From a bacterium (GTDB lineage Bacteria; SZUA-182; DTGQ01), in NCBI GenBank assembly GCA_040752695.1, contig JBFMGO010000056.1, positions 1 through 35,126 on the forward strand: a stretch of 35,126 nucleotides of DNA. Direction: 5' to 3'. A program made the translations under genes and the position numbers. The first letter of the stretch is position 1. Each line of letters starts with the position of its first letter. The notes beneath the pieces were generated by a model that had not been told where the DNA came from, made no database searches, and worked only from the letters and a program-made list of their open reading frames with translations. This document shows, in pieces, positions 9,526 through 19,369 of this stretch.

Positions 9526-10704
9526 ATGAAATATGAAATAATCGTCTTCTCAGACGAATGGAATGGATTACCGTTTAGCTGTAAACATCTGCTGAGCCAC
9601 TTTATCCCTGACAAGACATTAATTTGGGTTGAGACAATCGGCCTGCGGTCTCCACGGCTTAACCTGTATGATGTGAAACGCTCCATAGGGAGAATAAAGG
9701 AATGGCTGAACCCGCAACCCAAAGAGGAAGATCCTGGCCTTGAGGAATTGTTTATCTTGAATCCGTTCCAGATACCGTATAATCAATTTCCCTTCATCAG
9801 AAAGGTAAATAAACGGTTCATGACCTTAACGCTGGGGCGTTTTTATAAAAACCATCAGGGACGTGCGGGATATGAACGTGTTTTAATCACGACCTGGCCT
9901 TTTACGGGGAATATCGTCGGTTGTCTGGATGAGCGGTTGAGTATTTATTACAGGGTAGACGACTATTCGGAATTCCCCGGAGTTTGTAAAGGAGTCATTC
10001 GCCGCCTTGAAGAGGAGTTAATGAGAAAAGTGGATATGGTAGTTGCCACATCCGAGAGCCTCGCACAAACCGGTGAGAGATCGAAGGAGGTTAAATACCT
10101 TCCCCATGGAGTGAATTTTGAGCATTTCTCACAAAAATTCTCCGGTCATAAGAAGGACCTGCCCGTTCAATCGATTCCTTCGCCCAGAATCGGATTCTTT
10201 GGATTGATTGATTCCTGGGTAGATTTTGATTTGCTGGCACAGGTAGCGGAAAAGCATCATGAGTGGTCCTTTGTTTTTATCGGTCCATCCCAGATTCCGA
10301 TCAGTTCTCTTCCTCGGTTACACAATATGCACTTTCTCGGTCCTGTCTCCTATAAGGAACTCCCGCGTCATGCTCAGCATTTTGATGTGGGTTTGATCCC
10401 CTTCAAGGTCAATGAACTTACCAAGTCCGTCAATCCTCTTAAATTGATGGAGTATTTCTCTATAGGCTTCCCTGTGGTCAGTACCCCTCTTCCGGAAGTG
10501 ACAAAATATCGCGACCATCTTTTCATTGCTTCAGGCCCGGATGCCTTTTGTGCCGCCATACAATCCGCACTCGGCCAGGAAAGCCAGAATGGGCGTGACT
10601 TGAGGCAGGATATAGCCCGCTCCCATAGTTGGAAGCACAAATCCCTGACCCTCAGAGGATGGATCGAAGAAGCGCTCGGAAAGAAACAAGATGCATCGAA
10701 CTAA
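9526..10704 (+). CDS. GT-B glycosyltransferase (GT4-like, TuaH-like)
   Basis: YYRVDDYSEF, PHGVNFEHF, IGFFGLI and NPLKLMEY...G.PVVST motifs. ATG 9526 avoids overlap with wecB. Confidence 0.88.
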   Translation: MKYEIIVFSDEWNGLPFSCKHLLSHFIPDKTLIWVETIGLRSPRLNLYDVKRSIGRIKEWLNPQPKEEDPGLEELFILNPFQIPYNQFPFIRKVNKRFMTLTLGRFYKNHQGRAGYERVLITTWPFTGNIVGCLDERLSIYYRVDDYSEFPGVCKGVIRRLEEELMRKVDMVVATSESLAQTGERSKEVKYLPHGVNFEHFSQKFSGHKKDLPVQSIPSPRIGFFGLIDSWVDFDLLAQVAEKHHEWSFVFIGPSQIPISSLPRLHNMHFLGPVSYKELPRHAQHFDVGLIPFKVNELTKSVNPLKLMEYFSIGFPVVSTPLPEVTKYRDHLFIASGPDAFCAAIQSALGQESQNGRDLRQDIARSHSWKHKSLTLRGWIEEALGKKQDASN

Positions 10705-10726
10705 ACAGATGCCTTGAGCTGAACAG

Positions 10727-11875
10727 ATGCCTCGAATGAAAAAGAACTATACCATCATGCACCTTATTGCCACCAATTTTTACGGCGGGCCCGAAAAACA
10801 AATCCTTGAGCATTTAAAGCGGCTATCCAAAAACTGCTATCGGGGTATGGTGGCCTCCTTTATTGAAGGAAACAATCCGAATGAAATACTGGATTATGCC
10901 AAAAACCTCGGGTTGGAGCATGTCGGCATTACCCTGTCTCAGTCGTTGGATCTCGGAGCTTTTTGGAAATTGTATCACCTCTTGCGGAAAGGGGAAATAG
11001 ACCTTTTATGCACCCATGGATACAAGTCGACCATTTTGGGATGGCTGGCCTGCCGGCGGGTTAAGGTCCCTGTACTGGTTTTTTCCCGGGGATATACAGG
11101 CGAAAACCGGAAAGTCGCTTTCTTCGAGTGGCTGGAGCGTCGAATCCTGGGCAGGGTGGACGGCCTTGTCTGTGTGTCGGAGGGGCAATTGAGGAAGCTT
11201 GAATCTTTTGGCATTCAAAACCGGCGAAGCTGGATTGTCCATAATGCTATTACATCAAAGAGAAAAGACACGGAACAGACAAATGCATTACGCAAAGAGG
11301 TGGCCAAAAGATTAGCTATTCCGGATGAAGGTACTATGATCGTTTCAGCCGGAAGATTAAGTCCAGAAAAGGGACACAGGTTTTTACTCGATGCCGTAAA
11401 AATATTGGAGAGGAAGGCGGATAACACCTGTTTTATCTTTTGTGGTGAGGGTGCCTGCCGAGAATCTCTTGAAAATCAAGCCAAAAGACTTGGAATAGAA
11501 GAAAAATGCCGTTTTGTCGGCTTTCGGCGGGACCTGGATGAAATCTTTTCAGTCATGGACTTTATGGTGTTGCCTTCTCTGACCGAAGGACTTCCGAACG
11601 TAATCCTTGAGGCTTTTGCCTGTGCCCGGCCTGTAGTGGCTGCATCTGTCGGCGGGGTTCCGGAGGTTGTGGATAACGGAATAGACGGCTTTTTGGTGCC
11701 CCCCGGTCGCCCCGATCTTTTGGCTGAAGCGATCGGGAAATTTCTGTCTCACCCTGAGTTAAGACAGCCAATGGGACGGGCAGGTTATTTTAAAGTTAAA
11801 ACCAGGTTTACTTTCGAATCGCAAAACCAGAAGCTCGAAGCAGTTTATCATGAAATCCTGCTGGGACCAGGGTAA
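10727..11875 (+). CDS. Glycosyltransferase family 4
   Basis: GGPE, GRLSPEKG and the E-x7-E motif EGLPNVILEA, followed by VGGVPEVV. Confidence 0.93.
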   Translation: MPRMKKNYTIMHLIATNFYGGPEKQILEHLKRLSKNCYRGMVASFIEGNNPNEILDYAKNLGLEHVGITLSQSLDLGAFWKLYHLLRKGEIDLLCTHGYKSTILGWLACRRVKVPVLVFSRGYTGENRKVAFFEWLERRILGRVDGLVCVSEGQLRKLESFGIQNRRSWIVHNAITSKRKDTEQTNALRKEVAKRLAIPDEGTMIVSAGRLSPEKGHRFLLDAVKILERKADNTCFIFCGEGACRESLENQAKRLGIEEKCRFVGFRRDLDEIFSVMDFMVLPSLTEGLPNVILEAFACARPVVAASVGGVPEVVDNGIDGFLVPPGRPDLLAEAIGKFLSHPELRQPMGRAGYFKVKTRFTFESQNQKLEAVYHEILLGPG

Positions 11876-11957
11876 GGTCCCTGCGTTCAGCATAAAACCG
11901 TTCCAGAAGTTCCAAACGATTTATCGTAAAATTGCAAGACCGAAGGGAGGTGCCCCA

Positions 11958-13025
11958 GTGTCGGAATCTAATTTTCCCTTTATTACGGTTGTTATGCCGG
12001 TACGTAATGAGGAACTCTTTATTCAAGATACCATAAACGAACTCCTGAGTCAGAATTATCCACCCGACCGCTTCGAGATCATTGTGGCTGATGGAGAATC
12101 AACCGACCGGACAGGTGAAATCGTGAAAAAAATTGCAATTGCTTATCCGCAGGTTATTTTCATCTCCAACCCGAGCGGTCTTTCAAGCGCAGGGAGAAAC
12201 GTCGGATTTAAGAATGGCAGAGGAGACATTTTTATTGTCATTGATGGACATTGTTTAATTCATAATAACCGTCTGTTCAAAGATGTCGTAGACTGCTTTG
12301 CCAAAAGTGTCGCCCACTGTCTGGGACGTCCTCAACCCCTCGATCCTCCGGGAATTTCTCCCTTCCAGAAAGCTGTTGCCCTGGCCAGATCTTCATGGAT
12401 GGGACATAGCGGCAATTCTTATATTTATTCCAGTTTTGAAGGATATGTGAGCCCCGTCAGTCACGGTGCAATCTACAAAAAAGAGATTTTTCAAAAAATA
12501 GGGTACGTTGATGAATCTTTTGATGCCTGCGAAGATGTTGAATTTAATTATCGTGTGGAGAAAAGCGGCTTTAAGGCCTATATGAGCCCTTCCTTGGCAG
12601 TAAAGTATTTTCCCCGCGAAAGTGTATATGCATTATTTCAGCAGATGAAACGGTATGGGAGAGGCAGATTTAACTTTATCAGGAAACATCCGGAAGTATT
12701 CGATGTAACTACCTGTGTCCCGCCGGCTTTTGTAATCTGCCTTTTTCTTTATTCAGTTTTGCTTATGCTCCATTCCTTGTTTCACTTTCCCTTTTTTTCC
12801 CCTGGCCTTATAGCCTTTTCCGTTTTATACGGCTTGTACATCGTATTGATTCTTGCAGAATCCACGCGTCTTTCCATAAAAAACGGGGTGAGATATTTCT
12901 TCTACTTCCCTCCTGTTTTTTTTTCCATCCATTTTGGTTTGGGCTGGGGATTCCTTTCAAGTTTATTCCACAGCTCCATTCTCAAATTAAGTTCCGCGGC
13001 GAGGGTTCTTGGAACAGATGTCTAA
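11958..13025 (+). CDS. Glycosyltransferase family 2 (ExoA-like)
   Basis: VVMPVRNEE, DGESTDRT, IDGH and EDVEFNYR motifs with C-terminal TMs. GTG 11958 follows GGAGGTG, so the ORF-track start at 11850 is likely too long. Confidence 0.9.
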   Translation: MSESNFPFITVVMPVRNEELFIQDTINELLSQNYPPDRFEIIVADGESTDRTGEIVKKIAIAYPQVIFISNPSGLSSAGRNVGFKNGRGDIFIVIDGHCLIHNNRLFKDVVDCFAKSVAHCLGRPQPLDPPGISPFQKAVALARSSWMGHSGNSYIYSSFEGYVSPVSHGAIYKKEIFQKIGYVDESFDACEDVEFNYRVEKSGFKAYMSPSLAVKYFPRESVYALFQQMKRYGRGRFNFIRKHPEVFDVTTCVPPAFVICLFLYSVLLMLHSLFHFPFFSPGLIAFSVLYGLYIVLILAESTRLSIKNGVRYFFYFPPVFFSIHFGLGWGFLSSLFHSSILKLSSAARVLGTDV

Positions 13026-14166
13026 AGTGATAATCGCTTTTGTTATCGATACCATAGAATCTCCTACTGCAGGGACAGAGAAACAGCTGCTCCTGCTTTT
13101 GAGACACCTTGACCGAACCCGCTTTGAACCGTACCTGTGTTGCCTCCGGCCTTCAAAATGGCTGTCTACCGATTTTGATCTCTGCCCGCTTTTCGTAGCC
13201 GGGATCAAGTCTTTTAAAGAGCCATCCTCTTTTCGTAAGGTCTTGCGGCTCTCCTCTTTTTTTAAAAAAAAGGGCATTCAGGTTGTTCATACCTATTTTC
13301 GCGATGCCAATATTGCAGGCATTGTTGCTGCAAAAATTGCAGGGGTCAAAATCGTACTGTCTGCCAGGCGAAACCAGGGGTATTGGCACACTCCGCGAGA
13401 GCTTTTGATTTTGAAAGCGATCAACCTGTGGGTTACCCGTTTTGTCGCCAATTGCCAGGACACAGCCCGCTTTACGCATCAAACCGAGAAGGTCCCTTTA
13501 GAGAAAATCCACGTTATGTATAACGGGATCGATACCGAACTGTTTGTTGAAGACAGAATAAAAAGTCGCACCCAGTACCGGAATCGGCTGCACATTAGCG
13601 ATAATTCACCTTTAGTGGGAATCGTAGCCAACTTAAGGCCCGTCAAGGGAATAAATATATTCCTCAAGGCTGCCCATCTTGTTGTGCAAAAGGTGCCGGA
13701 GGCAAAATTCGTCGTTGCCGGAGAGGGAACAGAAAAGGAAAACCTCTTGAGAATAGTCAGGGAATCGGGCCTGAGTCAAAGCGTTACTTTTTTAGGTAAG
13801 GTGAACGATATTTCATCCCTGTTACAGGCAATGGATATCGGAGTATTATCTTCCTATTCTGAAAGTTTTTCTAACGCGATTGTCGAATATATGACTTTTG
13901 GATTGCCTGTAGTTTGCACTGCTGTTGGCGGTAACAGGGAGGCTATTACAGAGGGGGAAAATGGTTTCGTTGTTCCTTGTGGGAATTATGAGGTTATGGC
14001 CCATAGGATTATAAGAATTATAATGGATACCGATTTAGCCAGGGAAATGGGGAAAAAGAACAGGATCAAAGCCAAGGCCATGTTTTCCAGTCATGTGATG
14101 CTCAATTCATTTGAGAGCTTTATCCAGGATGTATATACATCCAAACTCCCTGTTGAAATACCATAG
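13018..14166 (+). CDS. Glycosyltransferase family 4
   Basis: AGTEKQL, VANLRPVKG, ESFSNAIVEY and VGGNREAI motifs. Confidence 0.92.
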   Translation: MSKVIIAFVIDTIESPTAGTEKQLLLLLRHLDRTRFEPYLCCLRPSKWLSTDFDLCPLFVAGIKSFKEPSSFRKVLRLSSFFKKKGIQVVHTYFRDANIAGIVAAKIAGVKIVLSARRNQGYWHTPRELLILKAINLWVTRFVANCQDTARFTHQTEKVPLEKIHVMYNGIDTELFVEDRIKSRTQYRNRLHISDNSPLVGIVANLRPVKGINIFLKAAHLVVQKVPEAKFVVAGEGTEKENLLRIVRESGLSQSVTFLGKVNDISSLLQAMDIGVLSSYSESFSNAIVEYMTFGLPVVCTAVGGNREAITEGENGFVVPCGNYEVMAHRIIRIIMDTDLAREMGKKNRIKAKAMFSSHVMLNSFESFIQDVYTSKLPVEIP

Positions 14167-14258
14167 CGGCGGCATACCAATTAAAAATTCAACAGCGGTT
14201 GTGAAAATTCAACATCATGGGCAAGCCCTGTGCAGAAAGCGCAGGGAGAGGAAAGCGG

Positions 14259-15587
14259 ATGCAAAAGGCAGGGATAAGGCAATACAGCCCTGGAGGAGAC
14301 CAGGCGCATGTCTGGCCTCGATCACTTGTTTTCCGGATGACGGCCATATATATGGCTCTTTTCGTCGTGCGTCCCTGGGAGAAATTATTCCCGTGGCTGG
14401 GGACAATACATTTTGAGAGAATGTACGCACTTTGTATGATTGTCGCTATTCTTTTCAGCGCCAGCCACGAATTTCAGATGAGTTTTCAAAGCGTAGTAGT
14501 TCTGCTTTTTTTAGGGGTGATTGGCTTATCAGGTGTTTTGGCCTGGAATCCGGCTTTTTCATGGGACCCTTTCTATAAGTACCTGACTCTTGTCGTGTTT
14601 TATTTTTCTCTTGTTTTGGTAATTCACACTCCCTATGAGATGGTATTTTTATTAGCCTGGTATATCGTCATAATGGCGATTTACCTGACAAAGTCTCAGT
14701 GGGAATATTTCGTGCATGGTTGTTATGAATACAGGATGGGAGTTTGTCGTTTAGTAGGCATTGAGACAAGTTTCGGACACCCGAACGAAGTGGCCGGGTC
14801 TATTGTCTTTTCATTACCGATATTATTGTTTCTTTGGTCATTTCACAAGGAAATCAGTGCCGGATGGCCGGAATTTTGGCGGAAATGCTTTTTTCTGCTT
14901 CTTATCGGCTATTCTATCCTGTCTCTGAGTTCGATTATCTTAACCAATAGCAGGGCTGGCATGATTACCTGTATTCTATTCTTTTTCCTTGCCTCTCTCA
15001 AGGGAAGAAGTTTCGGCAAAAAACTCATCCAGCTTTTCCTCTGCATGGCGTTCCTCGCTCTTTTGTGGCAAATACTGCCTCAGAGTACTCAGAACCGCTT
15101 TCGTTCCATCTGGGACAAGGACTATGCTCCGGTCAGTGCTTATACTTCCTCGATGGGACGAATTGAGGGTTTTAAGGCAGGGGTAGAAGCATTTAAAAAA
15201 TTCCCGCTTATCGGTATCGGTGTTGGAAACTTTATTCCTTACCGGGTGGCCCACCTGGATGGCGTTTCCTTAAACCCTCATAATTTGATTGGGCAGATGC
15301 TGGGGGAAACAGGCATTTTAGGATTAATAGGTTTTTCCCTTCTGGTCCTCACCATACTGGTGAACTGCCGGACAGTCAAGGATCTGGCGAGAGGTTCTTC
15401 CGATCTGACCCTGAATATGCTTTCCGGCGTTGCCGGTATTTGTGAGTTCATGATCATTTTACTCTTTGTCGAAGGGCTCAGCGGGCATAATCTGCTCCGT
15501 TTCTATTGGTTGTGGACAGCAGCTTTTTCAAGTCTTTCCCTGCAATTTACCAAGGAACGTTTAGGGCAACTGCAGCCCTGGAAATAA
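14259..15587 (+). CDS. O-antigen ligase / Wzy polymerase family membrane protein
   Basis: About 10 hydrophobic segments with FGHPNE, T.SRAG, P..G.G.G.F and NPHN...QMLGETGILG (Wzy_C signature). The start could be 14217 or 14259. Confidence 0.85.
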   Translation: MQKAGIRQYSPGGDQAHVWPRSLVFRMTAIYMALFVVRPWEKLFPWLGTIHFERMYALCMIVAILFSASHEFQMSFQSVVVLLFLGVIGLSGVLAWNPAFSWDPFYKYLTLVVFYFSLVLVIHTPYEMVFLLAWYIVIMAIYLTKSQWEYFVHGCYEYRMGVCRLVGIETSFGHPNEVAGSIVFSLPILLFLWSFHKEISAGWPEFWRKCFFLLLIGYSILSLSSIILTNSRAGMITCILFFFLASLKGRSFGKKLIQLFLCMAFLALLWQILPQSTQNRFRSIWDKDYAPVSAYTSSMGRIEGFKAGVEAFKKFPLIGIGVGNFIPYRVAHLDGVSLNPHNLIGQMLGETGILGLIGFSLLVLTILVNCRTVKDLARGSSDLTLNMLSGVAGICEFMIILLFVEGLSGHNLLRFYWLWTAAFSSLSLQFTKERLGQLQPWK

Positions 15588-15604
15588 CAGTGCGGATTAA
15601 ATCC

Positions 15605-16936
15605 ATGAAAATACATGAGAAAGGAATAGCTGAATTGTTTAAGGAAGTTACGGTATTTAGAAGAAAAAGCAGGAAAGAAGTTTCGGAATATCTCGATTTT
15701 TTACTGGAGTCTCAATATTGGCCATTGGATAAGTTAAAAAGGTATCAATGGGAAAAATTAAAAAAAATTTTAGAATATAGTTACGAAAATATTCCATATT
15801 ATCATGAATTATTTCAGAGAAAGAATATTAAACCTCAGGATATTCAAACTCCTCATGATCTTCACAAGATACCGATTTTAACAAAAAGTATTATCCAGGA
15901 AAACATCGATGATTTGGTCTCGAATTCGATCGATAAAAGCCAGATCATTTTGAATTCGACAGGTGGATCAACGGGGACGCCTTTGAATTTTTATCAGGAT
16001 CAAAGTTTTGTGGACTGGGCGGATGCGGCAAGAACCAGGGCATGGAAGTATTTCCCCGGATTAGAGAAAGATGAATTCGAAGCAGTTCTCTGGGGTTCGG
16101 AAAGAGACATAGGCAAAGGTCTGAATCTATCAAGGGTCCTCTATTACGCCTTACGGGAAGGTAATTTAAATTTAAATACCTTTGATCTGGATTCTCAGCT
16201 TATAAAGAAATATTTTCTTTACTTCTGGTTCATGAAACCCAGAATTCTCAGAGGGTATGCTTCTTCTTTATTTTATATAGCAAAATTTATCGAAGAAAAT
16301 AATATCAGGATCAATTACCCGCAATCCATAGTCTCCACAGCGGAGTGTTTATGGCCTTCCATGAGGGAAAAAATTGAGCAGGTATTTAACGCCAAAATTT
16401 ATAATTCGTATGGGTGTAGAGAAGTCAGCCAGATTGCTACAGAATGTGAAGAGCACAAGGGATTACATATCGTTATGGAAAATCAATATGTCGAGGTGAT
16501 AGATAACGATATTATCGTAACGAATTTGAATAACTATGCCATGCCCTTTATCCGTTATAAAATCGGAGATATGGCGCAGGGCATTTCTGAGGAGCCCTGT
16601 GCATGTGGAAGGAATTCATCCAGGCTGATAGACTTGATGGGAAGAGATAACGAAAACATTGTGCTGGAAGATAAAAAGGTTATTAATGCTATATTTTTTC
16701 AATACTTGTTTTTTGGAAATAAATCCGTTGAAAAATTCCAGGTTATTTATTTTAAAAAGGTGAATAAGTTGCAGATCAGATTACAACTCAGTAGTGAATC
16801 AGAAGAAATCCTTGAAATAATAAGAAAAAAAATATATAATAATTTTAAGTTCAATAATATTGAAATTGTGAAAACACGGGAATTTGTCAGTACACCCTCT
16901 GGCAAATTCAGGTTCGTATTTTCAATGGATGAATAA
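15605..16936 (+). CDS. Phenylacetate-CoA ligase-like / CapK-family adenylate-forming enzyme
   Basis: AMP-binding loop STGGSTGTP plus YGCREV, MPFIRYKIGD, GR and TPSGKFR. ATG 15605 lies just after the upstream stop. Confidence 0.88.
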   Translation: MKIHEKGIAELFKEVTVFRRKSRKEVSEYLDFLLESQYWPLDKLKRYQWEKLKKILEYSYENIPYYHELFQRKNIKPQDIQTPHDLHKIPILTKSIIQENIDDLVSNSIDKSQIILNSTGGSTGTPLNFYQDQSFVDWADAARTRAWKYFPGLEKDEFEAVLWGSERDIGKGLNLSRVLYYALREGNLNLNTFDLDSQLIKKYFLYFWFMKPRILRGYASSLFYIAKFIEENNIRINYPQSIVSTAECLWPSMREKIEQVFNAKIYNSYGCREVSQIATECEEHKGLHIVMENQYVEVIDNDIIVTNLNNYAMPFIRYKIGDMAQGISEEPCACGRNSSRLIDLMGRDNENIVLEDKKVINAIFFQYLFFGNKSVEKFQVIYFKKVNKLQIRLQLSSESEEILEIIRKKIYNNFKFNNIEIVKTREFVSTPSGKFRFVFSMDE

Positions 16937-16984
16937 TAAATGGACCTTACCAAGACCGCTTCCAAACAAAGGTGGAGGATGCCA

Positions 16985-19135
16985 ATGAGATACAAGATCT
17001 TATTAATGGTGATTTTGTCTTCAACAGTCTTGTGGATCCTGCAAGCCGCTGCCGAATACCGATTGGACCCTCTGTTAATAACATCATCTACGGTGATCGA
17101 TAGGGACTTAGAATTTGATCAGACAGCATTTGTAATCAAAGGAGATAATATATCCCTGGACTTAGGAGGTCATACGGTCACGTTCAACAATGGAAATACC
17201 GTTGAAGTGCCGAACAGGGATTTCGAGGACTGGATCGATGGCACCCCGAAAAACTGGACAGTATTATCGGGCATTCCACACCAAGAAAAGGCGATCTACT
17301 TTGGGTCTTATGACCTCGTGTTTCCCTCCGGCGGGGGAACAATCCTCTCGACTCCTGTTACCTTACGGGGAGGGAAAACCTACCTTGCTTTTGCTTTTGT
17401 AAAAAGTGCCTGGAAAGATGCAACAGTCAGACTCTCAATCCTTCGGTCTTCAGATGGACAGGTGCTGGCTGAATGGGAAAACACCGGACTTGACCGGGGT
17501 TTTGCCAGTAAAGGATCTCCCCAGAGTGATCTGAGATTTAAACCAAAATCCGATATTCAGGTAACGCTCCGGTTAGAATGCATCGGCTCTCCCAGTTTTC
17601 AGATTGGCATGGTTGATATAAAACCCGCCTTCGATTATGGGGTTGTCGCTTTTCATTATCCAGAAGAGACTATCGTTCCTGACATTCCACCGGACTATTT
17701 GCCATCTCGCTTACCCGTTCATGTTTGTATTATGAATGGAACGATTGCCCAGGGAGCAGGACGCGGTGTCCGCTGTGCCGGTATAAGGAGTGCCGGTAAG
17801 AATTGGAAAATGAAAAATATAACCGTTCTTTTAAATGGAATCAATACCGACGGGATTTACGTATCAAATTTTTCCGTCAATCCGGTTGTGGAAGACTGTA
17901 CTGTTTACAGCACCTCGGCAAGCGTCTTTAACCGGATGCACGGGACTGCCGGAATATTTTTAAGCAATCCGTCCGGGCAAGTGTGCGTCGAGGGCAATTT
18001 AATTGATAATGTTCCTCAGATAGGAATAGCTGTATTCTCAAGCCCGTCTTCGGATGCTTCTTTTGTAATTGACCGCAACACGATTAAGCAACATGCAAAA
18101 GTATCGAATGGGTTTGGTATCATACTCTGGGGGGGAGTTCAAAATTTTTCAGTAGCCAATAACCTGATTCTCCCCTATCGCGGACGGGGTATACTGCTCG
18201 ATGGTTCGAATGTAAAGACCACCTGTCGCAATGGGGTTATCAAATATAACCAAATTTTAAATGTTTATGAAGGAGGAAATTTCGAATACCCGGAAGAAAA
18301 GATTGGATGCTACGGTATCCGGGTGAGAGATGGAAACAATGGGGATGCATCCAGCTTTAAGAATATTAAAATTAAAAATAATATCATTTCTGTCCACACT
18401 GATGAAAAAGGTGTTCTTCATGCATGCGGTATGAGCATAACTTCCAGTGCAGCGGGTAATTCCATCGAAGTGTGTGACAATGTAATCGAGGCAACTGCGG
18501 AAGGAAAACAGCGCCTTGCTTCAGCAGTCATATTTCAAGATACCAAGCTGAAAAGTGGCAGTTTTCTCGGCTTTTACCGTAATGTTTTAAAGAGCAACGC
18601 CGAAATCTTATCATTCGGCGGTTCTAACGGAATGAGTTCAGAAGGAATAACTGTTTTATCCAATCAATTTACCCGTCTGGATAATCCCATTCCGGTCGCT
18701 AAACCCTTCGGCTATGGTTTCTATACCGGTGAGGAGAGAAATAATACTTTGGCTCTCAACACTGGTGTGGACCCTCATGAAACAGGTACTGTGTCTTTCA
18801 AAGGAACAGGGGCAAAAGATTTGATCATAGGGAAATATCAATTGAAGGTTTTCGTCACGCACCAAGGTGCTCCTGTGCCTTTGGCAGCAGTCTCCCTGAA
18901 GGACAAAAATGGCCTGCTCTTACTGGAGGGCAAGACAGGAACGGGTGGAGAAGTGACTTTCTACTCACCGGAAACACTCTACTGGGCCAGCGAGGGAGAG
19001 CCCCAGGGCACAATCCATTGCCGGCAATTCCCGGATGGCGAAGCTTTTTTCATCGAAGCCGTACTCGATGGTTATCAGCCCGCATCTATGGAGGTTGTCA
19101 TGGACGGGTCCCGGGTCGTTATGCTCTCTCTCTGA
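16985..19135 (+). CDS. Secreted right-handed parallel beta-helix protein (pectin-lyase-like fold) with a CBM-like insert and a C-terminal beta-sandwich
   Basis: Signal peptide MRYKILLMVILSSTVLWILQAAA after GGAGG, the DNISLDLGGHTV helix cap, and repeated GI..../N.I..N rungs. The C-terminal G.PV..A.V.LKD..G...G.T...G pattern resembles carboxypeptidase-regulatory-like domains. Confidence 0.7.
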   Translation: MRYKILLMVILSSTVLWILQAAAEYRLDPLLITSSTVIDRDLEFDQTAFVIKGDNISLDLGGHTVTFNNGNTVEVPNRDFEDWIDGTPKNWTVLSGIPHQEKAIYFGSYDLVFPSGGGTILSTPVTLRGGKTYLAFAFVKSAWKDATVRLSILRSSDGQVLAEWENTGLDRGFASKGSPQSDLRFKPKSDIQVTLRLECIGSPSFQIGMVDIKPAFDYGVVAFHYPEETIVPDIPPDYLPSRLPVHVCIMNGTIAQGAGRGVRCAGIRSAGKNWKMKNITVLLNGINTDGIYVSNFSVNPVVEDCTVYSTSASVFNRMHGTAGIFLSNPSGQVCVEGNLIDNVPQIGIAVFSSPSSDASFVIDRNTIKQHAKVSNGFGIILWGGVQNFSVANNLILPYRGRGILLDGSNVKTTCRNGVIKYNQILNVYEGGNFEYPEEKIGCYGIRVRDGNNGDASSFKNIKIKNNIISVHTDEKGVLHACGMSITSSAAGNSIEVCDNVIEATAEGKQRLASAVIFQDTKLKSGSFLGFYRNVLKSNAEILSFGGSNGMSSEGITVLSNQFTRLDNPIPVAKPFGYGFYTGEERNNTLALNTGVDPHETGTVSFKGTGAKDLIIGKYQLKVFVTHQGAPVPLAAVSLKDKNGLLLLEGKTGTGGEVTFYSPETLYWASEGEPQGTIHCRQFPDGEAFFIEAVLDGYQPASMEVVMDGSRVVMLSL

Positions 19136-19369
19136 TTGAGAGAAAAAGAAGCGATTGAGAGGGAAAAAGCCGCTGTCTTAGCAACCGCTTTTGGACTTTT
19201 AAGCCGGTTATTCATTTCATCGATTGCCCTGCATACCGTTATAGCGACGATATTCAACAATTGAGTGTTCCACCTTTCACTGCTATCTCTAGGTCGGTTA
19301 AAAGAAAATATATCTGCAAGATCCTGCTTTTTGAAAAAGATATATAACATAATAACAGGATAATGAAAA

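Noticed and set aside
19134..19170. Tandem GATTGAGAG(A/G)-A-rich repeat after the beta-helix gene
   Set aside because: Only two low-complexity copies with no spacers; not CRISPR and no evident function.
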